A stretch of 64,000 bases of DNA from IMG/VR virus record IMGVR_UViG_3300045988_153208. The stretch is one strand, 5' to 3'. The DNA is from a virus. Made by a program: the position numbers and the translations under genes. Positions within the stretch are counted from its first letter, which is position 1. Every line of letters begins with the position of its first letter. Below, in pieces: positions 45,563 through 58,677 of this stretch. The notes under the pieces are model-generated. The model saw only the letters and a program-made list of their open reading frames with translations. It was not told where the DNA came from and made no database searches.

Positions 45563-48373
45563 TTATAGCAATCTTGGAGGGGCTTTTGTAGCCACTACAG
45601 TCATCATACCATTATGATTTAACTAAATGGTAATTTTATTTAAAATATATTCTCCATGTATATCACTTTTATTATCATCAACTGTAATAATTGTATTTGG
45701 TTCTAAATAATAAACAGGGACAGATTTTAAATTTATTTTTTCATTCAAATAAGCATATTGATATAATAAATTATTCAATTCATCATATGTTGTTTTACCC
45801 TAAGATGAAATAACAAATTTATCTTCATACATTTTAGGTAATGGTATATAAGCATATCCATCCTATAATAAATTTTGTTTCTAATATAAGCTATATTTTT
45901 CAGGACTAATATAAATTATATTAGGAGTATCCCTATAAATAATAGATTTAATAGCATCATTATTAACAATTTTCGGCCTATCTCCAATAGCTTTCACAGA
46001 GTACTTGCCTATCGTACATTCTGAATCTTCTATAAAATCCATCCAAAATTCTAATGTAGAAGGGTCAGTAATATATTTTCTATTCCATCCATAATACTCT
46101 TTTTCATTATCTGGTAATGGCATCTACTCCTCAGGTTTTTGTGGATTCGGCATGCCAACAAAATAATTTTTATAATCAGTTGTTGTAGGATTATATATTT
46201 TTCTCCAATATGCTAATAAATCAGCATAATAACTTTCATAACCAGTACATCCATTTTTAAATTCTGGATTATTTTGAGTTAATTTTACTGCATAATCATC
46301 ATTATGTCCATATTTCTCATAATCTAATGCCATTTGATAAATTAATTCACGCCAATTCTATTTTACATAATACTATGTATTTTTATCTTGGTCTGGCATT
46401 ACTGGCTAATACACATAAGCCTTGCCGCCTTTTTGATACAAAGGATCAAACCAACTTGCCCAGGGATGCGTACACATAGAACCATGTCCAGTATATCCTA
46501 TACTACCATCTGACAATAAATCAAAAACATATAATTTTTTATTTTCCCAATCATTCCACTAACCATAACTTGAACTGCAGGAAGTGCCATAAAATTTTTT
46601 CATTAACTCATCATTATGGCATTCACCATAAAGAGAAGCAATATCTATATTTACTCCTCCATTTTTCCCATCATAATAGTCTCCCAGCTCTCTATCAGGA
46701 TACTATCCTAAATATAACTTATAAAGTTCAGCCCAGTCTTTAACATCCCACCATTGTTCATCAAGAGCAGTTCCCTATAAAGTATCTTTTGGATTAGGAG
46801 TTTTTACAAATTCTCCAGTTTTTAATGGATCATAAGAACGATAAACTCTTCCATCAATTGTAGTATATTTTTTAGGTTTTTCATCAATAGCATATCGTAA
46901 ATGAATGGGTACGCCTTCACTATTCGCAGTAGTTGGATTCTTTTTGCCCCAAATCATAAAATTATTTTTTATTTTAGAAAAATCAGGAGTATGCTAAAAT
47001 GAAGAAATTAAAACATTATCTGAAAAATTATAAGAACTTTTTGAAGCTAACATTGCAACTTCTGCATAAATCTAATTATAAGTATACTAATTATCATGCT
47101 TTTCATAAATAGAATTTAATTTTTCATCTTCTTCAGGATTAACTGAATCTGTAGTTTTTATCATACTAGTCCAAGACTAATTTACATAAGTCCGCTTTTT
47201 CTAAAAAACAAATTGTCCATCAAGATTATAAAAATATTCATAATCTCCAAAAGTAGAACAAATTTTATCAAGCACTGAAGTGATTGTATCTCCTACATTA
47301 ACTACCAAACCATCTTCATCAGGCCAATATAAATCTACTGCTCGATATCCAGCCGTACCAGTACCACTAATTTTAGAAACATAATATCCTATTTTATCAT
47401 TAGGACTATCTTTTACTTTAGTTTTAAAAGTATTTGAACCAATTTCAGTTAATTCACTATCTGTCAATTGATTTAATTGGACTTTTTTCCCAGTAGTAGT
47501 ATATTTTGTTAAAGTTGTATCAAAAGTAATATTGACATAAATACCATTATCATCTAAAAAAGCATAAAAATCACCATCAGTATATCGTAATAATTCTAAA
47601 CCTTTATCATCAACATCTTTAATTAAAATATTATGAAAAGGCTCATTTCCATAAAAATGGATCATTTCACGAATAATATATGTGATAGGACGTCTTATTT
47701 TTTTATATTTTTTAATTTCTCCACTAATACTATCTTTAACTTCAACAATACCCAACATTAATTCATTATTTTGCTATTCGGTTAAATATGCTATACCTTC
47801 ATCAGTTAAATATTGAGTTTCAGTATTTTTATCAATTCTCCAATGCAAATTTTTTATTAAATTATATTTTACAATTAATTCAGATACATTTAAATTTTCT
47901 TCATCATATTCAACTAATTCTATTGCAAAATCAATTGGATTAGGAAAATTTCCTCCAATATCACCATTTAATAAACACATTTTATCTTTCCCTGAAATAG
48001 CAATTTTACATCCAGTAGAAGTAAGTGTTGTATTAAAAGCAGTAATTAAAAACATACCTTGCGGGAACCAAATTAAATCATCATAATCAGAATCAATATT
48101 ATTAATTAGGCCAATATAAAGATTAAATTTAGTTGTTAATCCCCAATATACATCAGTAATATTTACTCCTTCAGATACTAATTGTACTGAACAAGAACGA
48201 CGAACAGCGGAGGACCCATCAATATTGATGGATCCTCCAGAAGCTTTGCCTTCAATCGATTCAACAGGTTCTTCATCTTTATTTAAACTTACAATTTTAA
48301 TAAAAACTTCTTTCTAGTTGTCTAAATCTAACTATTTCAAAAAATGAGTATCTAACAAAGGATTATTTTTCAT
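45563..48373 (-). CDS. Tail protein (about 936 aa) with a Cys/His-containing putative hydrolase-like region
   Basis: Its ATG overlaps the TGA of the upstream giant gene (ATGA). Track ORFs 47774-48055, 47201-47758, 46775-46957, 46124-46333 and 45881-46123 are in one frame. The gap 46334-46774 was checked and contains TAG only. The gene ends at TAA 45563-65. It carries the motif GHGSMCTHPWASWFD. Confidence 0.5.
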
Positions 48374-51300
48374 TGATACATACCCGCCTCTATCTCTTTA
48401 GTAAACCCTCTATCGAGAGCTAATATAAATTTATTCCAAGCATCTTTTACTGCTTCAATTAATTCACGCATCTATTTATCTTTTGATACAGTATCATTAA
48501 TATCATAATAGTCATAAAATCGTGTTGATAGGAATCCTCTAAAAATAGTAAGATATTTTTCATATTCAATCTAATAATATTCAGCTTTTGTTTTATAATT
48601 TTCTTGTTTATTAGTGTAAATAGTAATTAAAAATTCTGCCTATTCAATCGCGTCTTTATAAGCATTTATATCTTTGTTTAAAACATTTTCAATATACCAA
48701 TAAAAAATTCCCATACTTGTAATTGAAGAATAATTTTCATTAGGGTTAGATAATTTAGGTAAATTAGTAAATAATTCAATTAATAATGGATCAATTCTAT
48801 ATTCATTAAATAATTGAGTATTACACCAATAGCACAATTCTGAAATTTTTGCCAATCCTTTTAACATTAATAAATGCTGATATCTTACTTCATTAATAGT
48901 AGGATTTGTTTTTGAAATATTTACCTTATATTCTGACAAATTATTTAAAGATTTTATTTTATCCTAAATAAAGATTTTATTGCCTAAAGATTTATAACTT
49001 CTTAATAGAGTGGTATATAATCCATCTAAATTAGAATTATATAACTCTAATACTGATTTTAATGTACCATAATCAGATAATGCATTATCTCCACCAGTAT
49101 TATTAGAAATAAAATTAGAACGTGTTTTATAAGTATAATTTATAATATTATCAATAATATTACGTTCAGGATGTTTTTTAATATCTTCACTATCACTTTG
49201 ATTTTCTTCACTTAAAACAGTAGAAATAAATTTATTATTAGAATATAAATTAAATGTTCCCTATTGTAAATTAGCAAGTTTAGTAGCAGTTAAATATGGT
49301 TCAATAAAATTATAATTATTATTTTTCTAATCATTCGCTGATACTGCTAATTGATTAAAATAATCAATAAAACTTTTTATTAAATAATCTTTTTCATTCA
49401 AATAATAATCTACATTTAAATCATAATTATTTAAAGTAGCTTGTTTATAAAAATTATTTTCTAAATAATAATATTTTCCCAGAGTTAAGAAAATATCATT
49501 TTTTTCAATTTTTCCTACTAATTTATAGGTTGAAGTATTTATGCCATTACTAACCAATAGCTATTGATAATTTGTAATAGTAGAATTATAATTAGTTATT
49601 ATAGTATTAGCATCTAATAAACGAGAAAATCCAGTATTCATATAATTATTTGTAGCATTTGGAGTAATTAAATCAATAATAGCATCTAAAACATATTTAT
49701 ATCCATTTTCTTTTACTGGTAAACAGGTATTATCAATAATATATAATAGTTTATTAATTTTAGCTATACGAATATTAGTGGCTTCAAGATTATAAGTATT
49801 CTAATCAAATTCAATACTATTAAAAATTGAATTATCTCCTTCATCTAAATTATTTCCTTCAATATCTAAAATAATATTACGATTAGAACTAGATCGAATA
49901 GTACTTTGTATAGAAGACCCTAATTTAGTTATATAAGAATCTGAATATTTACGATTATTCTTCTCATAATAATAGAATGAATATAATAATCGATCTCTAA
50001 AAGCTAAACAATATAAAAGATCTCTTTTTCTATCATTCCACCAACCTGAGAATGTAATAGATTTCTATAAATAATAATTTAACTTAGATGATAAACTAGT
50101 ACTATCATTTATAATTAAATTAGGCCAATTTAATTCTTTTGCTGACTAACAAACATAATCTAATTTATCTGCCGCTAAAATAAATTTAATAATAGAAGAA
50201 CTGTCTTCATCTTCCAAGCCATTCTATTCAGTACCGCCTTGTAATTTTAAATTTAAGGCAGTATAATCAGAAGCAATAGTATTTCCTATATCAATTAAAC
50301 TAGATACCTAAAATAAATCCTTTAGAGTATCCATATTGTCTAAATCAATTTTAGTATTTTTTAATTTCTCAATTAAATCAATACAAGCATCAAAAGGATA
50401 TAAAAAATTATCATTATCATCAGTGCCAATAAAATTAATAAATGCTTTAGTATCAGAATCTAAATTATCAGTCTATCCTAATAATTTATTTAAATTTCTA
50501 CGAGATTGTTTTAAACGTCCATAATACCATAAAATTTCATGTATGCCACCCAAAACTTTTTGATATAATAATTTATCTAAAGCATCATCGTCATCTTGGT
50601 CTTTTATAATAGCTAAATATCCTATTATAGTATCATATAATCCTTGAATAGAAGTCCAAGCATCAATATAATAATTCATTTGAATCCGGCGCGCCTCAGC
50701 TTCAGAAGTATTAGTGCTACCTAACCCTGCTGAAACTCTATTATAATGATTTTTTATATTAGTTAAAATCTCAGTAATATTAATTGAAGATTCAATTTGC
50801 TCAAGATTATCTTTTATTGAATTATAATTAGAAGAAGTAACATTTGTTAATTGATTAGCTATACTCTAATAAATTAAACAATATAACCACAATGCTGCTT
50901 TATATCTATAAACAATTGCATTATAACCATCATCAGTAAGAGTTTGACCATTTTTATCAGTGATTTCATAAATTTGATTTAATAAACCACCATAATCATT
51001 CGCAATTGAATTAGCATTTTCAATAGCAGAATTCTAATTATTATAAAGAGATTGTAATAAAGAATCTAATTTATTTAATTTAGAATTAATACCTTCTTTA
51101 GTCGGCTGCTAAATTAAATCTAATAAATCCTATTCTTCTTCATCCTATAATTTTAATTCAGTATACATACCTTTATTTATCTACATTCGCTTAATTGTTT
51201 TTAATACTTCTTTTTTTATTTCAGCTTTCTTCTCTTCAGTAATATTATTTGACCATAAATCAACAATATTAAAATTCTTTAATGCTGCTGGTTTCATAGT

Positions 51301-54300
51301 ATTTAAAATTTCATTAATAATATTGCGATCCTGCCAATTAATTATTCTCTCTAAACGAGATTGATGATCATTTAAATCTTCATAAGGAATATTATTTGAT
51401 TCTGATAAACCATTTAATAAAGTATTATAACTGCGAGTTAAAGTTAAATATTTCTAAAAATTATTATCAGCTTCTGCTATTAATTCATAATTACGATATA
51501 AAGCTCTTAAAAATTCTGATTGCTATATATAATTATCTTTCGCGCGTCTTGTTTCACTATCATTTACTTCAGTATAATAATCTAAAATCTCTAACTAAAA
51601 TGTTGCTTCCGCGATTAATCCTGTGCCAATTTTAATTATATCAGGAGATTTTAAATTAGAAAAATATCTATTATCATCATACTCTAACTCTACAGAATTA
51701 TTAAAACGAATATAAAAATCTTTAATCTAATCTTGCTATACAATTGATTTAGCAATATTATTTTCATCTACAGTCCAATCAGTATGATAAAATTCAGGGA
51801 CTGGATTATAGTCTTCTTTATTCAACCAACGAATAGCTGTTGATAAATAATCTTTTTCATGAATTAATTCATTATTATTTTTTATAGTTTTATAGAATGT
51901 AGCATTTTTTAATAAATCTTCTAAAGATTTTATCTAAGCGTCATAAAAATCATTAATAGCTTTATGATCAAACATAATAGCAGTTTGTAATTTTTTTTCT
52001 CTTAAATCATTTAATGCTTTAATTTGATTATTAATATAATCTTGATATTTATCTGTAGCCCCTTTAGGAATAATATAAACATCCTTAACTAATTTATATT
52101 TTCCATCTTTTTCAACATACAACTCTAATTCATCATTTAAATATGTCTTTTTATTTTTAATTAAAACATAATATAATCCAACTTCTTCGTCATATTGAAT
52201 GTCATGTAATTTTTCATAACGATATTTTTCATTGATATAAAATGAAGTGTCAAAATCGTCAATCACTGATTTCCAATAACAGTCATAATATTGACCGGTC
52301 TTTACTCCAAAAATATTAGTACGCTATGTTGGCATCCAAGAATCAAATTGAGGGAAATACTCGTACATCTAAAATACACAAAATTCATCATTTACATTAA
52401 AATATTCTTTTACTTTTGGAGTTAATTCATCTATTGGATAGGGCTATCCAAAAGGAGAAACAGAATATAATAAATACTGACTACCAAAATTTTCTTCATA
52501 ATCATATTTAGAATAACTACCATCTGCTTGAGGTAGACACACATGCGTTGCTTTCCCATCACTAATAGCCCAAGGCACTCCAGATGGATTAGCCGCAGTT
52601 ATTTTTGCCCATCCTTCAGGAGTTACATATTCATAAGGGACCGCATAAATAGGTATTAATTCACGTACTTTTATATGTAATTGTTCTAAATTTAAAACTT
52701 TTAATTTGTCTCTGGTGTAATTATGGAATTGAGTATTAATATAAGACATAATGTTGCCAGGCTCAAATCCTTTGGCAGCTAAAGTATCATAAATTTTTTC
52801 AAATGCAGAATTTACATCTAATTTATTTAATACAATTCTCTCATTTAAAGAACTCAAAGCATTTCTAAATTTATTAATATCTGACTCAGTTAAAGACTAA
52901 TCTTTCTATTTAGTAACTAAAGTATCTAATTCAGTTAATACTGGATTAACTCCCACAAACTAATGGCTTAAAATCGTCTTTAATTTTACTTCAGTAATTG
53001 CATCAAAATTTCCGTATCGTACTCCTTGATATTGGCACTCTAAAATACCTACTGGATGAGTGTATTCATCATTAGGTATTCTAATACGACTTATTTTTCG
53101 GCTTGAATTATTATAAGTATATGAGCCAGTAATTCCAATTAAAATTTCATCTTCTGTCTTTTCTGATATATCTCCGTAAGTTAAGAAAATACTAGATCCA
53201 GGCAATAAATCTTGAACAGAAAATTGACTAATATTATTAGATTCAAAATCTATAATAATATCCATGCCAGGCTCATATTCATTTAAATAATAACTGCGCC
53301 ATAATGAAACATATTTACTAACAATATCAGATTTTATAAATCCGTATTTTAATAAATTTTCATAAGTTAAATCCGCTATTTCAACACATTGTCCGGTAAA
53401 AGAATGAAGCATGCGCCCTAGTGTATCTACTGGAGACATAGAAACATTCATAATACGAATGATAAAATTCCCTTCTGGCCCAGACCGGAATAATTTAGGC
53501 TATCCATTATTTAACCAATCTAAGACTTCCATTTTAAAATTGCGCTCTTTATGAATATTATTTTCAATTAAATCACAAGGATTTTCTAATATTTTTTCCA
53601 TGCGATTAAAAAATTCTGTACTGTTTTTAATATCAGCATGGTCAGTACAAGTTCTAATATAGTCTTGAATTTCTCTATCATAAAATAAAATTTCATCATC
53701 CATTTGGTAAGAAATTAATCCACTAATAGGAAATTCTTTATAAGCAACTTTTCCATTTCTGAAAATAAAGGGAAATTTATTGCCAATTGTATTTGTTTTT
53801 TGTTCGAGTATTGTAGTTTTAAATGAAGATACTTTAGGATTGAATTTTACTTTTAAAACTCTATCTCCATCATATAAAAAGATATCTTCAAAATCAACTG
53901 AAACAGGTTCACTTTCAATGCGAGAAGAATAAATACCAAACAAATTATATTGAATTATACCATAAATATATTTAACACCTTGTTTAACGGTATAATCATT
54001 ATAATCTATTAATGATGGTTTCATATTTTCAAGTTTAAATCGTTTTAATTCTAACCAAGAACGATATTCATCTTCTTCGCTGGCCCTCACTAAAATGTAT
54101 TGACCAAAATAAGTATCTTCTTGTTTATCTACTTGGTATTCAATATTAGAATCATATCCTAAAATATGTAAATATTCTTTAGCTAATTCAGTAGATAAAC
54201 CAGCTGTAGTAATAATATTTTGACATAAGTTAATTAAACTCTAATCTGTAACAATCTGGTCTAACTCTGTTTCATCAACATTTATAGAATCCTATAAATA

Positions 54301-55638
54301 ATTTAAATAAGAATTTACTCTATTCTATAAAATAATATTTAAATTTTTATATCCTTCAAATGAAGTAGCAATATATACTGTAGTATTCCATAAAAATTTA
54401 CTAAATAAATTATAATAATTTATTTCTTCTTTTTCTTTACCAATATTTTCTATAACAGAACCTAAATATTCTCCTAAATATAAATCAAATTCTTTTGATT
54501 CCATAATTAAAGACTCTAAAATACCAGTAGAAATACCACACATATCATTTAATAATGAAACATTATCTCGTAAATATATTCTATACTTTTCTAAAATATT
54601 GACAACAAATCCTGACTCCTAAATTCGATCAACCCATTCTTTAATTTGCGGGTTATCTGAACTATTTGTTCCTTGATAGAATCGTTTTAATTTTGTCATT
54701 AAATTTTTAGAATAATTATAATAAGTATTAATACGAGTCATTTCCTTAATAACATTTTCTTGACGAACTACTCGTTCAATACCATGAAAATTAACATTAA
54801 TACATCCACTATTTGGATGAGGTTCTGTTGTGATTGAAATACTTTTACTAGGGGCTAATAAAGTTTCTGCTGTTACTCTATACATTGGGCTTGATGCCAC
54901 ATATCCATTTAAAGTTGTAACAGTATAAACTAATTTATAAACTTCACTAGTTTTAATGAAACTACTTAAAACGACTGAATCAGTAGATATTCCATATTCA
55001 ATATCATTAGAATTATTATGTAATAATTCACCAGTAGTATAATATAATTCCCCTTCTTCTGTATAAAATGAAAAATTATAAGAATATACTTTTTCACTCT
55101 AATCAAAATCAGAAGATAATTCATACAAACCGAATAAATTATTATTAAATAAATTAATACTATCAATTGAATATCCTTTAACTGAAATTTTAGGCTCCTG
55201 AATACATTTAATAATACCAATAGTAGAATAGTATCCTGTTAACTTTTTAATAACATCAACTGTAATAGTTTCTTTCGTGTCAGGGTCTTCTTTTGTTTCA
55301 GTCTATGTATATTGTGAAATATAAGCTAATTGTACTTTGTAATACTAACCTTCATTTAATAAAGCTCCCTAAGAAGGAGGTATAGTAAATGTAACAGTAG
55401 AATTAGCAGTATTAAAATCCATTGATTCAATTGGATTAAATAAATAAGTATTTGTTGAAGCAGTTTTTAATCGCAAAACAAATCCAACAAATTCTTTATC
55501 ATTAACTGCGGCACTCGCAGTAAAAGGAATTGTAATCTAAATATCCTTTAATACTTTCGTGTCGCCTGTTTCAATATAACTCTTACAAAAAGCAGGTAAA
55601 GTACCTGCTATTACAGGAGGATATAATCTTTCAGGCAT
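48370..55638 (-). CDS. Giant tail-associated or baseplate hub-like protein (about 2422 aa), Tal-like by position
   Basis: RBS AAAGGAGAATG precedes ATG 55636-38. Track ORFs 54619-54900, 54325-54543, 53500-54090, 52960-53451, 52444-52857, 51934-52266, 50473-50679, 49327-49557 and 48640-48939 are all in frame. The regions 54901-55638 and 48370-48640 were scanned completely and 51121-51934 almost completely; only TAG interruptions were found. The first TAA/TGA is TGA 48370-72. Confidence 0.55.
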
Positions 55639-55664
55639 AGTCATTCTCCTTTACCACATAATTA

Positions 55665-58565
55665 TTATTTATTTTCTAATGCTTGGATACGTTTTACTAA
55701 ATTTGGAATCGTTGTTTGCTATAATGTAGTGAAACTTGTTTCCAAAGTTTTAACGCGTGATTCTAATGCAGCACATCTATCAATTAAAGTTTTAATAGCA
55801 GAATTTGAAGATAGATTGCATTGGACAGGGACTCCATTTAAAAAATATACTGGATTTTCAGAACTTCCAACATTTAATAAAGCTTCATGCTCAGCATCCA
55901 CCAAATTCTAAGCATTCTAAGCTGAAGTCGCAGTTTTTATCCAAGCTTCTCCCTAATCATTTATTTTAAATATATTCTTTTTATCATCAAAAGCGTATAA
56001 ACCATATTCTTCTAAATTATTATTATTTTTAAATGTACCCATTAGTACACCTTTAGTCTAATTACTATTTAATTGTCCTACTGTAGTAGAAATTAATTGT
56101 AAAGTTTCGTCATTAAAATCAATAACTGCCCCTTGTAAATCATTCCACATTGCAATAGGATAATTATTTTTAATCACTACAATAGGCTATATCCATACTA
56201 TTTTGTCTGTTTTATTCTATGCCTATACATAGAGACAAGTTGAATTATTATCTTGAGAGGAAAATACAGTAGGCGGAATAATTATATTATTTTCAAATTT
56301 CCACTATGTTAAAATTTTGTTCTCATCATTTTTAATATTATTCTGCAAGCTCCAATTTAAATTTTCAGATACAGTTTCAAACCCATCCATTTCAGTTGTA
56401 TATTTAAAAATTTGATAATTAGTTTTTTCATATACCGGTTTTTTACCAGTAATATCATAAGTTATTATAGAGCATCCATCAGCACAAACATATTCTGGAT
56501 TAAATGTAGTAGGAATACTAATATATCCCTCTAAATTATTATTATTATAAGTTCCTTTTACTTTAACGACTAATTTTGATAAAAGATTAATATCAGATTC
56601 TGTTAATGCTTCATGAATTTTAATAATATTATCCACTAATGAAATCTTATCAGAATTTAAAGAATTATAATACCATTCATAAGTTAATTCAATATCAGAA
56701 CGTCCTTGCCAAGTATAATCATATAAATTAGCAACTATTCGATACTCCTTATCTTGAGAAATAGGACAAATAACTTTACAATCTTTATACTAATCTTTAA
56801 TTTTTTCTTGTAATGATAATTGAAGCACACAATTAGCCCCAGAAGAGCCGCTATTACCAAATAATAATTCAATTGAACTGGTGTATATCTAATTATTAAT
56901 TTCAATTTCACATTTAATTGTATTATTTCTAAAAAGTGGATTATATAAAGAGTTAATTCTAAAAGGTATATAATATATTTTAGTTGTAGGATTTAAATAG
57001 TCATACATAGGAGCAGTATTTTTATCAGTATTTAATATATGCTCAAACTCATACTCATCATGCTTATTTATCTTTCCATTTTCCACTGGAATAATCATTG
57101 TTTTTTTAGAAGGTAGCATATATCGTAATCGAACACCGTTTGTCAATGTTGTAGTCTTACTAGTATCTTTGCTATTAAATTCTACCGCAATATAATGGAT
57201 TTTTTCTCCATCAGAACGAGCTAATAATTGGTTATCTTGTCCATATATATAAAATGTATTATTGTTATTATTCGTAAATAAATTTAAACCAGCTAATAAA
57301 CCAATATCTGGATTATATAATGTATTTGTATAAGAACATGACTAAGAATATCCTAAAACTTCTCTTGTTCCTATTTTACCTTTAAAATAAATCCTATATG
57401 ATTGAGTAAAAATCTAATCTCCTAAACGAAGAGAGGTAGAAATTGTATTACCCGCAAGAATAGGAATCTCATCATAGCTGCCATCTGCTCTTACACCTAA
57501 GCGCCACCAACCTTGACCAAATACCGAACTGTTTTCAGTTACATCTTTATCATAAGAATATAACCATATTTCTGCCCCAGTAAATGTAGCCAAAGTCCCC
57601 GAAGTCATATCTATAACTCTAAACCCCATTGCAACCTTACGCTTTTCTTCATCTTGAGAGGGAGTGAACTAATATCTATTGCTACCTCTTGGATATAAAT
57701 AAACGCCAATATTACTATCAGTTGTAATATCTGAAAAATTACTTTTATAATATCCTAAATATAAATTTATATTTTTAAAAACAATTGAAAAAGAATCTGA
57801 ACTATCAATTTTATTATTATCACTATCGTAAAAATTGCCATTTTCCCATAATTCAATTTGGATATCATTAATAATTAAATTAGTAACATCTATATCAAAA
57901 TATTGAGAAGTATAACCTCCTGTTTTATATGCACTTAAAAATAACATATCTTTATTAGAGGATATTGTTGTGATCTGTCGAGTAAATGTTTTTAATTCTT
58001 TTGTGGTCTAATCTTTTCCACTTAATATAATACGGATACCATAAGTACCTTTATTTAAAGTTTTTGTACCATTATATAAATCAGCCATTAAATTATAAGA
58101 AATACGTAAAGTTGTATATCCTACTAATTCATTATTATTTATATAACTTTGAGGGCCCATAATAGTTTTACTAGATTCTCGGCCTTCAGAACTAGGAATT
58201 AACACAATTTCTTTATTTTGATTAAAAAGCTAATTGGCTGCATAAAAAGTTTTAGAATCATCTTTACCAATTACTTCATAATCACTAATTACGCGTCCAG
58301 TAATTAATTTTTTACCAGAAAAATTACCTTGTGGAATTAATACATAAACTTCTTCATTAAGAGCATAAGATTTATCTTTTTCATTAACAAAAACTGTTAA
58401 TTTAGCTCCTTTATAATTTACAATATATTTCTATGCCCCCTCAGAACTTTCAGGGACACTTTCTATTATTCCAACTATTGTCTAATCAAAAGGTAAATTC
58501 TATAATCGAGCAGATACAATTGTGTCTACTGATCGGAATATTTTTTCATTTAATTCATTAGACAT
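55665..58565 (-). CDS. Large tail protein immediately after the tape measure (about 966 aa), Dit-like by position
   Basis: RBS AAAAGGAGAG precedes ATG 58563-65. Track ORFs 58008-58205, 57669-57947, 57414-57629, 56889-57146, 56304-56636 and 55719-55904 are all in one frame joined by TAGs. The gene ends at TAA 55665-67. Confidence 0.5.
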
Positions 58566-58645
58566 AATTCGCTCTCCTTTTTCTCATATTCTAATAAATT
58601 TTGAGAAAAAATCTTATTTTATTATTTATATTTGACCAATAAAAA

Positions 58646-58673
58646 AATGGCGAGGTAATTAAACCTCGCCATT
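58646..58673 (-). terminator. Intrinsic terminator or attenuator between the tape measure and downstream tail genes
   Basis: Stem aatggcgaggt/acctcgccatt with loop aatta, followed on the minus strand by a T7 run, immediately after the TMP TAA. Confidence 0.6.
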
Positions 58674-58677
58674 TAAA

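Noticed and set aside
54966-55220. Track ORF 54966-55220 (-) and similar ORFs 35536-35799 (+), 51396-51635 (+), 42729-42944 (-), 23751-24035 (-), 4937-5134 (+) and 13514-13765 (+), which have low-complexity hydrophobic translations.
   Set aside because: They lie out of frame or antisense inside long verified coding frames. Their Ile/Leu/Lys/Asn/Tyr composition is typical of AT-rich shadow ORFs.
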